A stretch of DNA of 64,000 nucleotides. Source: Ignavibacteriota bacterium. Lineage in GTDB: Bacteria; Bacteroidota; Ignavibacteria; Palsa-1295. The DNA is taken from assembly GCA_963787835.1 (NCBI GenBank), contig CAWBEI010000003.1, positions 439,586 to 503,585 of the forward strand. The letters are read 5' to 3'. The number at the start of each line of letters is the position of its first letter. Position 1 is the first letter of the stretch. Shown one piece after another: positions 29,955 to 40,372 of this stretch. Both the position numbers and the translations under genes were made by a program. Under the pieces are notes generated by a model that was not told where the DNA came from, searched no databases, and saw nothing but the letters and a program-made list of their open reading frames with translations.

Positions 29955-31262
29955 TTGAAAGAAACCATAAAAATTACAGAGCCACAGGCCGGAAATCCGT
30001 TTGCGCCCCCTGAGGGAAGCACACAGCGGCAAAAACTTGGCCGCATTGGCCTTTTGCTGGCTGTTATCGGGCCGGGGCTGATGGTCATGCTTGCCGATAC
30101 CGACGCCGGCAGCATCATCACGGCGGCGCAGTCCGGCGCGGAATGGGGATATACGATGATCCTCCCCCAGCTTTTGCTCATCCCGATCCTCTATATTGTG
30201 CAGGAGATCACCGTCCGGCTTGGCGTGGTGACCGGCAAGGGACATGGCGAGCTTATCCGCGAGCATTTCGGCATGAGTTGGGCCATGCTTTCGGTTATCA
30301 CGCTTTTTGTCGCGTGCGTCGGCGCATTAGTGACGGAGTTCGCCGGTATCGCCGGAGTTGCCGAGATGTTCCATATTCCCGTGTGGGTGAGCGTCCCAAC
30401 GGTAACGATATTACTTGTACTTGTCGGGCTAAGTGGAAGCTACCGCAGAGTAGAAAAGATCGGCCTTGCCGTTGGCCTGCTGGAATTGCTGTTCATCGTT
30501 GCAGCCATCATGGCAAAACCGGATCTATCCGAAATGGCGCATGGAATGGTACGTTTCCCAGTTCGTGATGGGAATTATATGTTCCTGCTTGCGGCGAACG
30601 TCGGCGCTGTGATCATGCCGTGGATGGTCTTTTATCAGCAGGGGGCAGTCATCGATAAAAAACTGTTTAGTCACCACATGAGGCTGGTGCGCTGGGATAC
30701 AAAGATCGGCGCAGTGCTAACGCAGATCATTATGATAGCAGTGGTGATCGTTGCCGCTGTTGGCATTCATGCGACAAGCCCCAATGCGACGCTGAACGAT
30801 GTAAAGGATATCAGCCATGCGCTTGTGCCCGTGCTTGGCAAAGCAAGCGGCGTCGTGTTGTTCGGACTTGGTATGGCCGGAGCATCATTTCTCGCAGCGA
30901 TCGTGGTGTCGCTGGCTGGCGCGTGGGGATTGACCGAGGCGCTCGGCATGAAACGCAGCCTCGATATGCCCTTCAAAAAAGCCAAGGGATTTTACAGCGT
31001 TTATACGCTCGCACATATTGGCGGCGCAACGATCGTGCTGCTGGGCATTCCGCTCGTCAATTTGATGATCGATGTCGAGGTGATGAATGCCGCGCTGCTG
31101 CCGATCGTGCTGGGGTTCCTCATCCTGCTCGAAATGAAAGCGCTGCCGAAAGAATACAAGATGCATGGCACTCGCAAATACATCGCCTGGACGCTAACGG
31201 GAATTACAATTCTATTCGGGCTTTATACGGCGGGGGTGTCGCTAATGGGGGCGATGGGTTAG
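29955..31262 (+). CDS. Nramp-related divalent metal transporter
   Basis: Multi-TM protein; GPGLMVMLADTDAGS, VQEITVRLGVVTGKG, GAVIMPWMVFYQQ. Confidence 0.9.
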   Translation: MKETIKITEPQAGNPFAPPEGSTQRQKLGRIGLLLAVIGPGLMVMLADTDAGSIITAAQSGAEWGYTMILPQLLLIPILYIVQEITVRLGVVTGKGHGELIREHFGMSWAMLSVITLFVACVGALVTEFAGIAGVAEMFHIPVWVSVPTVTILLVLVGLSGSYRRVEKIGLAVGLLELLFIVAAIMAKPDLSEMAHGMVRFPVRDGNYMFLLAANVGAVIMPWMVFYQQGAVIDKKLFSHHMRLVRWDTKIGAVLTQIIMIAVVIVAAVGIHATSPNATLNDVKDISHALVPVLGKASGVVLFGLGMAGASFLAAIVVSLAGAWGLTEALGMKRSLDMPFKKAKGFYSVYTLAHIGGATIVLLGIPLVNLMIDVEVMNAALLPIVLGFLILLEMKALPKEYKMHGTRKYIAWTLTGITILFGLYTAGVSLMGAMG

Positions 31263-31287
31263 AGAGAAGTATGGGAATCGGGAATCT

Positions 31288-31509
31288 TCATATCCGGTCT
31301 TCCTCTTCGCGATAGACCTCGGTATCGATCCCTTTTGCGAACCCGCGCAACGCACGAACATCCCGGCGATAAGCCTCTGCTTCATCAATGGCGACAAGCT
31401 TTGCAAGCGGTTTGTTATGCTCTGTGAGAAAAACTTCCTCGCCATTGGCCGCCAAGTGTACAAGCGCGGAAAGATCGGCTTTGGCTGCTTCTATCGAATA
31501 GGTTTGCAT
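31288..31509 (-). CDS. Phd/YefM-family antitoxin (orphan)
   Basis: SIEAAKADLSALVHLAANGEEVFLTEHNKPLAKLVAI. Confidence 0.82.
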   Translation of the reverse strand: MQTYSIEAAKADLSALVHLAANGEEVFLTEHNKPLAKLVAIDEAEAYRRDVRALRGFAKGIDTEVYREEEDRI

Positions 31510-31559
31510 GTATTTTTAACAGTCATGCTTGACGCTTCGTGCCGATGCCAATTCCCCTT

Positions 31560-32159
31560 TTAGTATCTCACCTCAACCACAACTGCCCCACCATAGCTTG
31601 GCTGAAATGCGCTGATAGTATAGAACAGCAGCGCGCCAATTCCGAGATACCGGATCGGCTCATAGATCGCCTGCAACTGAATAGGCAGTCCGGGCGAGAT
31701 TTGTGTAGTGTTGAAATTCGAGTCAGGAAAGACGGGCTTTCTAAAACGGGAATTTGTTTGATAGGCGCTGAGGCAAATTCCCGCAGAAATGCTGGCATGA
31801 AATAATTCCGAAGCCCCGGCATAATGCTGAAGCGCGCCATCGTATGCAATGCCATAGAGCAGATCGAATTCTGAATAAGTCCTGCGTGGGAATCCGCGCG
31901 AATTAGAACTACTTGAAAGAAATCCGGCCGTAAGCACGCTTGGCGCAAACTCACGACTTATACTACCGATATAGGTTCGGGGAGTAAGCCCACCAAGGCC
32001 ACCATCAGCGCCGTAACCAAAAAGTAGCCGGTATCGAGGTTCCGGCGGCTGTTTATATGGTTGGACTCCAATACCTGAATATGCATTCTGATCGAACGGC
32101 TGCGCTCGAAGTGCACCGAACGAAATAAAGCATACTATCGCAATGATCCCTTTGACCAT
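31560..32159 (-). CDS. Hypothetical exported protein, possibly a small OM beta-barrel
   Basis: Signal peptide from ATG 32159; alternating beta-strand pattern; ends GGAVVVEVRY. Confidence 0.6.
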   Translation of the reverse strand: MVKGIIAIVCFISFGALRAQPFDQNAYSGIGVQPYKQPPEPRYRLLFGYGADGGLGGLTPRTYIGSISREFAPSVLTAGFLSSSSNSRGFPRRTYSEFDLLYGIAYDGALQHYAGASELFHASISAGICLSAYQTNSRFRKPVFPDSNFNTTQISPGLPIQLQAIYEPIRYLGIGALLFYTISAFQPSYGGAVVVEVRY

Positions 32160-32178
32160 ACAGGCCTGATTTTTCACC

Positions 32179-32214
32179 AAAAAAAGAACCCGCTCCCGTT
32201 GCCGGTCGCGGGCC
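32179..32214 (-). terminator. Intrinsic terminator after the BatA gene
   Basis: GGCCCGC-GA-CCG-GCAA-CGG-GA-GCGGGTT-C-TTTTTTT on the minus strand. Confidence 0.8.
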
Positions 32215-32281
32215 TTTGAGGGAAGACCTGATTTACCCCGAATATGATGTAGTTATTTGGACGCATGGCATTTGAAATGGT

Positions 32282-34525
32282 TTAATTTGCTCCAACGACG
32301 GCTTGTTTTCCTGCACTTCTGCCTTCACGCGCGAGCAGGAGTTCGATCAACGCAAGAACCAGTGCCGCCCATAAGAAGGACTGCCATAATTCCACACCAT
32401 AACGAGACTGCTCGATCGTTTTATCCAAATCTTTATCTTCGGAAGCAAGCTGCACAATTAGCGGTTTCGCATTGCTCATCCGAGCGGCAAGATATTCCTT
32501 CATCTCTTTAAGTGACGCAGCGCGAAGATCGGACTCATCGGACTGAATATTTACCGCGAACGCACCAACCGGTACCTGAGCCGCTGCGTCGCGGAACACC
32601 GTGTAGTTGCCTGCCACGAGGGCATCGTCAAAACGTAATTGTGGCTTGCCATCCGCATTGATCGAGATGGGTACACGGGAACTGCTGCCATCCGGCGCTT
32701 GCACAAGGACGGTTGCGCCGGCCTGCTCGCCCGCCAACGCTGGCAATTGTACATCGAAGGGTTCCGTGGTCACGAAATTCTTCGTCTGGCTTTCATCCAG
32801 CGAAGCTTGAATGGCGCAGGCGTATGCAGCGGTCCGCCGAATGAGCGGCAAAAAAATGCTCTTCTGAGGAAAATCGCTGTAGGCCATTGTCGGCGGAATG
32901 TTGTAAAGAAGAATATCTCCCTTCCCCATTTTTGCTTCGAGGAGAAATGCAGATCCGTTTGATAATTTGATGAGCGGCAAACCAGCGTTTCCAGCAAGTG
33001 CATAGGATTCAAATATCTTCGGCGACGAAATCCCCTGTAATGCAGAACTATTGCTCGGCGTGGATTCGAACATTCCGGCGAAGAATGGATGCGAGAATTC
33101 CATCTTCGCGAAGCTAAGATAATGCGTGGCATCGTTAGGTGCGCCATCCTTCCTCGTGATATCCGGGAGCGAAAGCGAGACAAGATCGTGGTCGATCGGA
33201 TTAATATCGATCCCTGACATGAGAAAGATCGCCGCGCCATGCCCACTCGCCACAAAACCTTTGAGGCCATTCAGATCGCTCTCGTTCAATGCTTGCGGAC
33301 CAAGCTCCACCATAATCCCATCGTAATGTCCGGCATTTGCTGATAAGCTTCGCAGTTCTTCCAGGGGTTTTACCTCTGTTTCAAACGGCAACGAGCCTTG
33401 GGTACCAGAAAGCGTTTGCTCCAGCGCTAGTTTTATAAAAGTTACATTTGATGGGTCCTGAGTAAAGATCCCAATTCGCCGAGAGAGCGGTACCGTAATA
33501 ACAGCAAAACGCTTATTATCGAATGGGAGCGCGTCTGGCTCCAACTCCGCGTGGATTTCGACCGTGCCAGATCCGCGCGCCGGTCCATCCATTTGAACAT
33601 GCTGCGATTCATTACCCGCCACAAATGGAATTGTTTTTTGCGCCACACGGTCACTATTGTAAAAAAGCGAGAGCACTACATTCTGCGCCGGTTCCTCTGT
33701 GGTATTGCGTACCCACGCTTCAAACTGAATTGGCCGGCCGGGTTCGAAGATCGTGGTAACGGCTTTTAGCGAATCGAGTGAAAGATTTCTGCCCGTGATA
33801 TGCTCGCCATTCCCAAGCGTCATCGTAAAAAGTTTTGTTGTAGCATCAAAGAGCTTCGTCACAGGGCTGGAATCGGAGTTTGAGATCGATCCTGCATTCT
33901 CGTCGCGTAGATTTCGAGCCTGATCGTCGGAGAATAAATATACTTCCTTGTTCACATTGTGGGAACCGGACAACACACTGCTCGCCATGCGAAGCCCATC
34001 GGAAAGTAGAGCTGGCCGATCGGCAATGCGTACATCGGCGATCGCGGCAAGTACTTCCTGTTTGGTATGCACGGAATGATAGGAGACATTCCGACCGATC
34101 GAGGCTAATGGGATTATCGTTGCTTCGTCACCATCTGCCAATACCTTCACAATATCGGATGCGGCATCCTTTGCCTGCTTGAGTAACTCCCCATGATCAT
34201 CCGAACGCGACATGCTTGCAGAATTATCGATGAGAAACACCATCGACGTATTGGCATGGGACGAGCCAAAAAAACTTCCGAGATATCCCTTTATGGCGGG
34301 ACGGGCAAATGCGAGCACAAGCGCAGCAATAAGCATCGTCCGCACAATGAGCAATAACAACTGCCGTATCTTGACGGCGCGCATGGAAGTTTTTTCAAGC
34401 TTCTGCAGGAACCGGAGGGAACTGAATTCTACGCGGCGTGATCGACGCCGGGCGAACAGATGGAACAGCACCGGCAAACTTGCCGCCGCAAGTCCAAATA
34501 AAAAGAAAGGGTTTAGAAAGTTCAT
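32282..34525 (-). CDS. BatA-domain / vWA protein
   Basis: MNFLNPFFLFGL..LPVLFHL..FSSLRFL..LAFARP, MIDAS DNSASM, FSDDQ, ESDL motif, C-terminal TM. Confidence 0.9.
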   Translation of the reverse strand: MNFLNPFFLFGLAAASLPVLFHLFARRRSRRVEFSSLRFLQKLEKTSMRAVKIRQLLLLIVRTMLIAALVLAFARPAIKGYLGSFFGSSHANTSMVFLIDNSASMSRSDDHGELLKQAKDAASDIVKVLADGDEATIIPLASIGRNVSYHSVHTKQEVLAAIADVRIADRPALLSDGLRMASSVLSGSHNVNKEVYLFSDDQARNLRDENAGSISNSDSSPVTKLFDATTKLFTMTLGNGEHITGRNLSLDSLKAVTTIFEPGRPIQFEAWVRNTTEEPAQNVVLSLFYNSDRVAQKTIPFVAGNESQHVQMDGPARGSGTVEIHAELEPDALPFDNKRFAVITVPLSRRIGIFTQDPSNVTFIKLALEQTLSGTQGSLPFETEVKPLEELRSLSANAGHYDGIMVELGPQALNESDLNGLKGFVASGHGAAIFLMSGIDINPIDHDLVSLSLPDITRKDGAPNDATHYLSFAKMEFSHPFFAGMFESTPSNSSALQGISSPKIFESYALAGNAGLPLIKLSNGSAFLLEAKMGKGDILLYNIPPTMAYSDFPQKSIFLPLIRRTAAYACAIQASLDESQTKNFVTTEPFDVQLPALAGEQAGATVLVQAPDGSSSRVPISINADGKPQLRFDDALVAGNYTVFRDAAAQVPVGAFAVNIQSDESDLRAASLKEMKEYLAARMSNAKPLIVQLASEDKDLDKTIEQSRYGVELWQSFLWAALVLALIELLLAREGRSAGKQAVVGAN

Positions 34526-34543
34526 GGCCTTGCCCCTGAACGG

Positions 34544-36601
34544 TCAATGAATAACCACAACAGGAACGGTCGATGCTTTGCCTGACACACTGATAAACTC
34601 AATATAATATGCTCCATTGGCAAGTTGTGACATCGGTACTCGAATGACTGATGGCCCCTGAGAACGATCACCCATTACTTTTTTCCCGGCAGGATCAACG
34701 AGCTGCCATTCCCCGGCAGCACTGATATTCAATTCAAATTCCGAAGAGCACGGATTCGGAAACGCCTCGATCTGGGATGACAAATTATTTAAGCCTTCGC
34801 TGTGAACATCCGCAGGTGGGGGCATCAACGGGAGGGTAAGCATATTCCAGCCAGATAGCGGGTTAACCGTTGTATCACCGGAACCCTCGACCACCGATAT
34901 TCGGTAATAAATATGAGTTCCAAGATCATTGATTGCTGCTTGACCTTGAGCAGCAGTACAAGAATAGATCAGAGAGTCCTCGGCAAGATGGAACTGCGCC
35001 TCGCGTGGGTTGATATCGCTATCGCCGAAATACGTGAGCGTTACGTGCTCAATAGGATACTTCGAGGCAATTCCTGCACATAAATGGAATGCGGTATCTA
35101 CCCAGCTATGCATGGGATGGATTATCGTTCCGAGTTCCAATGCGGCAGCATAGGCATTGAGCTTTCCCCATCCATAGGCGGTATCGGGATCAGCCGCATT
35201 ATTGCCAGTCACCATCACAGCATGGCGGATCTGCTGCGCGGTTGCTTCCGGATGAGCCTGCTGGATGAGACAACACGAGCCGGAGGTGAGCGGCGTGGCG
35301 AAGCTGGTACCATCGAGCGAACCAAAGTCTCCAAGCGGGCCCTGCGCCCAAACTGCAACGCCCGGAGCGCAAATATCCGGTTTTATCCGCCCATCGAAAG
35401 TGGGGCCACGCGAGGAAAAACCAGCGATCGTGTCATCGACATCAAGCGCGCCGCAGGCAAGAATACTATCCGCATCACCGGGCGCCCATACATAAGGATA
35501 GGCGGTATCGCCACCGCCATTCCCCATCGCGGTGACTACAAGTACTCCAAGCTTTGCGGCACGTTCGACGGATTGTGTACAGATCGCGGTTTGGCCATTC
35601 ATATCGGCATAGGTGTAGCTATGTTGGCCGGAATCAAAGGTAAAATAACCGAGGGAACTCGTTGTTATTTGCACGCCGCGTGCTTCGAAATCTTCGAGCG
35701 CTTCTGCATAATTATCTTCTTCGATGTTGTGCTCATAATCGGTGTTTTCCGTATGCGCGATCATGACCGAAGCTTTGTATGCTGGACCGATGAGCGTATC
35801 CGGAAGGTATCCCATAGCCGTCGAAAGAGTTTCGGTGCCATGTTGATCCTGTGGATTAGCAACGCTCGAATCATGGAATACATAATCGTATTGAAACAAG
35901 ACATTTGTGTTATCGAGCGACGATACGCTGAGATCGCATCCCACATCGAGATGCCCAAGCAAGATACCGGAAGCATCCAGCCCCATCGCATGAAGTGGCC
36001 ATACATTGATACGATACATATTGATCCGATTGGTGGAACCAATATCCGTATCGCCATACGCATAGATGATCGGGTCGTAGCCACAGCCGGAATCCATTGA
36101 CTCGATACCCATGTGCGGCTCCGAATGAAAAATTTCCGGATCCATTTTGTGCATGACCGACATTGGCTGCGCTGACGCCAAATGAGCATAGCCGACTGGA
36201 GACAATCGCCGCACAAACGGCAATGATACCACACTTTTTACTTGTTCGTTTGTGAGACTTGCACTTACAGCATTCGTCCATTTGGACTGACGCAGCACCT
36301 TAATTCCCATTGGATAAAGTGCGGCGAGATATGTGGAACAAATCGGCGCATCTTCAATGGTAATGGTAGAAAGTTCGTCCTCTTCTAACGCTCGTGCTCG
36401 GCGAAAGAGGCACGGTAACGAAAGAGAAGCATGAGTTGCATCAAAAATAGGATTGCCTGGAACAAATTCACTGGGTAAAATTCCTTTATCGGTAAATTCG
36501 ATCCAATATTTGGATTGCGCCTGCGAAATAGTAGGACGAAACAGGATAAAAATGAAAACGATCAGCGACAGAATAATACCGACAATCCAGTTTTTACGCA
36601 T
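34544..36601 (-). CDS. S8 serine peptidase with T9SS-type CTD
   Basis: HLDVG, QHGTETLS, AMGNGG, FSSRGPTFDGRIKPD, GTSFATP; C-terminal FPNP...LANGAYYI. Confidence 0.92.
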   Translation of the reverse strand: MRKNWIVGIILSLIVFIFILFRPTISQAQSKYWIEFTDKGILPSEFVPGNPIFDATHASLSLPCLFRRARALEEDELSTITIEDAPICSTYLAALYPMGIKVLRQSKWTNAVSASLTNEQVKSVVSLPFVRRLSPVGYAHLASAQPMSVMHKMDPEIFHSEPHMGIESMDSGCGYDPIIYAYGDTDIGSTNRINMYRINVWPLHAMGLDASGILLGHLDVGCDLSVSSLDNTNVLFQYDYVFHDSSVANPQDQHGTETLSTAMGYLPDTLIGPAYKASVMIAHTENTDYEHNIEEDNYAEALEDFEARGVQITTSSLGYFTFDSGQHSYTYADMNGQTAICTQSVERAAKLGVLVVTAMGNGGGDTAYPYVWAPGDADSILACGALDVDDTIAGFSSRGPTFDGRIKPDICAPGVAVWAQGPLGDFGSLDGTSFATPLTSGSCCLIQQAHPEATAQQIRHAVMVTGNNAADPDTAYGWGKLNAYAAALELGTIIHPMHSWVDTAFHLCAGIASKYPIEHVTLTYFGDSDINPREAQFHLAEDSLIYSCTAAQGQAAINDLGTHIYYRISVVEGSGDTTVNPLSGWNMLTLPLMPPPADVHSEGLNNLSSQIEAFPNPCSSEFELNISAAGEWQLVDPAGKKVMGDRSQGPSVIRVPMSQLANGAYYIEFISVSGKASTVPVVVIH

Positions 36602-36613
36602 CCTAATCGAAGG

Positions 36614-37639
36614 TTACTCCTTGATTAATCGTTCGATCATTTCCACGCTGGAAAGACCTTCCGCTTCCGCATTGAAATTTGTGATGATGCGGTGACGGAG
36701 CACCGGCAATGCCAACGCACGCACATCTTCTATCGAGGGGGTATATCGCCCATTCAATACGGCGCGCACTTTAGCGCCCAACACCAGATATTGCGAGGCA
36801 CGAGGTCCGGCACCATAACTAACATACTTCGAGATAAAATCTGGAGTTCCCGCGCGTTTTGGGCGCGTTTTTCCAGCCAGACGAACAGCGTACGCAATGA
36901 CGTTCTCAGCAACGGGAACCGTACGAACCAAATCCTGAAACGCGCAGATCTCGTTGGCATCCATCACTTTCGTGAGACTCGCGTGATATTCGCTCGTCGT
37001 CGTGCGAACGATCTCCATCTCTTCCTGCTCGGTCGGATAATCGAGCCACAGATTGAACATAAAACGATCGAGTTGTGCCTCCGGCAGTGGGTAAGTTCCC
37101 TCTTGCTCGATGGGATTCTGCGTAGCCAACACGAAGAATGGCTCCGCAAGCGTATAGGTAATGTTGGCTGCTGTTACGCGGTGCTCCTGCATGGCTTCCA
37201 ACAGAGCGGCCTGTGTTTTTGGAGGTGTGCGATTTACTTCATCCGCAAGAATAATATTGGCGAATACCGGTCCGCGAATAAAGCGAAAATCCTTGCCACC
37301 CGTTGTAAGATTTTGCTCGAGGATCTCCGTGCCGGTAATATCCGTCGGCATAAGATCTGGGGTGAACTGAATGCGGCTGAACGTGAGGTGCAACACATCA
37401 CTGACGGTACGAATTAGGAGGGTCTTGGCAAGACCCGGCACTCCGACCAGCAAACAATGACCGCGCGCAAGCAAGGCGATCATTAACTGATCGATCACAG
37501 CTTCCTGACCGACTATAACCTTCCCTACTTCACGTTTTAATTGTTGAAATTTATGAACGAGATCGCTTGCAGCCTCGATCTCCCTTCCATTAGAAGATGG
37601 TTGCACCCGAGAAGTAAGTTCTGTCGTGGATTGAGCCAT
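36614..37639 (-). CDS. MoxR-family AAA+ ATPase
   Basis: GVPGLAKT, RIQFTPDLMP, ADEVNRTPPKTQ, ATQNPIEQEGTYPLPEAQLDRF. Confidence 0.96.
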   Translation of the reverse strand: MAQSTTELTSRVQPSSNGREIEAASDLVHKFQQLKREVGKVIVGQEAVIDQLMIALLARGHCLLVGVPGLAKTLLIRTVSDVLHLTFSRIQFTPDLMPTDITGTEILEQNLTTGGKDFRFIRGPVFANIILADEVNRTPPKTQAALLEAMQEHRVTAANITYTLAEPFFVLATQNPIEQEGTYPLPEAQLDRFMFNLWLDYPTEQEEMEIVRTTTSEYHASLTKVMDANEICAFQDLVRTVPVAENVIAYAVRLAGKTRPKRAGTPDFISKYVSYGAGPRASQYLVLGAKVRAVLNGRYTPSIEDVRALALPVLRHRIITNFNAEAEGLSSVEMIERLIKE

Positions 37640-37646
37640 TAGAATC

Positions 37647-39035
37647 CTATAGAGTGACTGGTTTTTCTATGACCGTTCCCTCATCGTTAAATACATTCAT
37701 TTCACCAAATTCACCCATGCCGGCTTCAAGCGCCTGCACGTCGCCACTTGCCGCGATGACAAGCTGACTCGGATGGAGATATTCCCTGGCGATCCTATAG
37801 AGATCGACGGATGTGATCGCCGAAAGTTTCTCACGATAGGTGTCCCAGTAATCGTGGTCCAGCCCATAGAGCACAAGTGTTGCCACGCGGCCTGCGACCT
37901 GCTGAGGCGTTTCGATCTGAAGCGGAAAATTTCCGATCATGTAATTCTTCACCATCTGGAGTTCCTCTTCGGGAACTTGTTCCACGGTCAAGCGCGTGAT
38001 CTCGCTCACAATTTCCTCGACCGCTCGGGTGGTGACCTCCGTACGCACTTCAGTGGAAACAACGAACGGCCCCGGCTCGATTCGTGCATCGAACGCACTC
38101 CTTGCTCCGTAGGTATATCCATGCACTTCCCGAAGATTGAGATTGATGCGGGAATTAAAATACCCTCCCAACAGTACGTTCAAAACCGAGACTGGAATAT
38201 AATCAGGACTGTTCCGAGGAATACCGACATGGCCCACCCGAAGCGCAGACTGTACTGCCCCCTCGCGATTAATAAGACCAACCTGACTCGAAGCCCTTAA
38301 ACTGACATCCCCGAAACTCACCTTTGGATGCGTGCCTCCAGACCAGGTTGACAAGTTCGCCTCCATCAATGAGCGCAAATGCTCTGAACGTACATCACCG
38401 GCAGCCACCATGAAGGCATTCGAAGGGGTAATGTATTTTTTGGCAAAACCGGTTATATCGGCACGGCTCATCTCGGTGATAGATCGCTCGGTTCCCATGG
38501 ATTGCTGACCATAGGGATGTCCGGGAAAAACCATATTGGAGAATACCATATCGGCCAGGAACCCTGCGTCGGCTTTTGCCTGACGTAAACTTGCAAGCCG
38601 CTGCAACCGCATTCGCTCGATCTCCTCTTCAGGGTACGTCGAAAACTGGATGACATCTGCAAGAAGATCAATAGCCACATCGAGATATTTGCTCAGCACG
38701 CTGACATTGATCGTCATGGTATCCCAGCCAGCCGATGCACTCAGCGAACCGCCGACAAAATCAATTTCTTCCGCGATCTGAGTAGCATTCCTTCGGGCAG
38801 TTCCCTTCGTCAAAAGATCGGCAACCATGCACACAAGCCCTTCGCGATTCCGAGGATCTAATGCGGAACCCGCGCGAAGAAAAAGCGACAAGGATACGAT
38901 CGGCTGTTCGTGATTTGGTACGGTCCAAACATCGATCCCATTAGAAATGGGTATGCGCTCGAACGAAGGAAAAAAGACCTTGGGTGTTGGCGCTGCTTTG
39001 GGTGGGATCGAGCGATCCAATATGTAATCGTTCAT
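37647..39035 (-). CDS. M16 peptidase family, non-catalytic subunit
   Basis: M16 fold motifs (SRINLNLREVHGYTYG), but HxxEH is replaced by CMVAD; ATGA overlap at 39032-39035. Confidence 0.88.
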   Translation of the reverse strand: MNDYILDRSIPPKAAPTPKVFFPSFERIPISNGIDVWTVPNHEQPIVSLSLFLRAGSALDPRNREGLVCMVADLLTKGTARRNATQIAEEIDFVGGSLSASAGWDTMTINVSVLSKYLDVAIDLLADVIQFSTYPEEEIERMRLQRLASLRQAKADAGFLADMVFSNMVFPGHPYGQQSMGTERSITEMSRADITGFAKKYITPSNAFMVAAGDVRSEHLRSLMEANLSTWSGGTHPKVSFGDVSLRASSQVGLINREGAVQSALRVGHVGIPRNSPDYIPVSVLNVLLGGYFNSRINLNLREVHGYTYGARSAFDARIEPGPFVVSTEVRTEVTTRAVEEIVSEITRLTVEQVPEEELQMVKNYMIGNFPLQIETPQQVAGRVATLVLYGLDHDYWDTYREKLSAITSVDLYRIAREYLHPSQLVIAASGDVQALEAGMGEFGEMNVFNDEGTVIEKPVTL

Positions 39036-40372
39036 GGATTCATTTGTTCTATTGGCACATTCGGGTTCATGGAATAGACGATCGTGCAACGATTGGCTAC
39101 GGCAAGATAGCGCTCCGCTGCGGCGCGTATCTCATCTATGGTGATGGAGTTATACTCTTCCAAAAGATGGTTCACTCGTCCAGCATTATTAAACATAAGT
39201 GCAGCATGGGCGAGCTGATCGGCCTTTCCGTGCATCGTGACGCGGCTTGCTACGAACATCGCCTCTGTTTTATTCTTAGCCTTTTGCAATTCCTCCGCGC
39301 TGACGCCATGCTCCACCAGATCGCGGACGATCGCTTCTAAAGCTGTTTCTAATTCATCCGTTCCTCCGTCGGGTGAGCTATGCACCGCTAAGATATAGAG
39401 CAGCCCAGGCATCTCGCGCCCATCGACGTAAGCGGCTGCTTCTGAAGCAATTTGCTGATCATACACCAGCAATCGATACAAGCGTGAACTTTCACCACTC
39501 GATATGATCGTGGTTAAGAGATCAAGCGCCAGATATTCCCGCGATCCTTCGGCCGGAATACGATACGCATAAAAAACAGCTGGCAGTGGAACGGGTTCCG
39601 AATCAACGAGCTCCCGACGTTCACCAATATTCGTTGACTCATCAAACTCCGGTTGATGGATCGCGTGCGCTTCAGGATTATTGATCTCTCCAAAGTAATG
39701 CTTAATTCGTGACAGCGCGATCGAGGGATCGAAATCTCCCGCTAACACGAGCACCGCATTGGAAGGAAGATAAAATGTTTCGAAAAAGTTACGAACATCA
39801 TCCACGGTTGCGGCATCGATCGTTTCCATATCACCAATCACGGCCCATCGGTACGGAAAGGATTGATACGCTAAACGGTTCATCCGAATGGTCATCGAGC
39901 CATAAGGAGTATTGTCATAACGCTCCCTCTTTTCTTCTTTGACGACCTGCTTTTGGGTCGCTAATCCAACATCCGATACCGCAAACTCCAGCAGCCGGTC
40001 ACTTTCAAGCCATAGGGCCAGATCTAACTGATTCGAAGGCAGAACCTCGTAATAGTTGGTTTTATCCTCGGTGGTATAGGCGTTATCATTCCCGCCCGCC
40101 TGCGTGATATAGACGTCAAACGCACCGCGAGGAATGTTCTTCGATCCGTCGAACAATAGATGCTCGAAAAGATGTGCGAAACCGCGACGGCTGCTATCCT
40201 CATTTTTGCTACCGACGTGATACGCAATATTAAGGCAAACAACCGCTGACGTATGATCCTCATGAAGAATCACGCGCAAACCATTGGTTAAGCGATGTTC
40301 CTCGAAATCGATAAACCCAGTGGGCACGGTTCCTTGAGCGTTCGTAATGGTATCGAGTGTGGTTTCTCTCAT
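39032..40372 (-). CDS. M16 zinc peptidase, catalytic type
   Basis: YHVGSKNE, HLFEH, WLESDR, VVKEEKR; ATGA overlap gives start 40372. Confidence 0.93.
   Translation of the reverse strand: MRETTLDTITNAQGTVPTGFIDFEEHRLTNGLRVILHEDHTSAVVCLNIAYHVGSKNEDSSRRGFAHLFEHLLFDGSKNIPRGAFDVYITQAGGNDNAYTTEDKTNYYEVLPSNQLDLALWLESDRLLEFAVSDVGLATQKQVVKEEKRERYDNTPYGSMTIRMNRLAYQSFPYRWAVIGDMETIDAATVDDVRNFFETFYLPSNAVLVLAGDFDPSIALSRIKHYFGEINNPEAHAIHQPEFDESTNIGERRELVDSEPVPLPAVFYAYRIPAEGSREYLALDLLTTIISSGESSRLYRLLVYDQQIASEAAAYVDGREMPGLLYILAVHSSPDGGTDELETALEAIVRDLVEHGVSAEELQKAKNKTEAMFVASRVTMHGKADQLAHAALMFNNAGRVNHLLEEYNSITIDEIRAAAERYLAVANRCTIVYSMNPNVPIEQMNP

Noticed and set aside
32179-32281. ZTP (pfl) riboswitch resemblance in GCGACCGGC...GGGAGC
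   Set aside because: Lacks the 3' CGCCTGGGC pseudoknot hairpin and folds as a simple terminator
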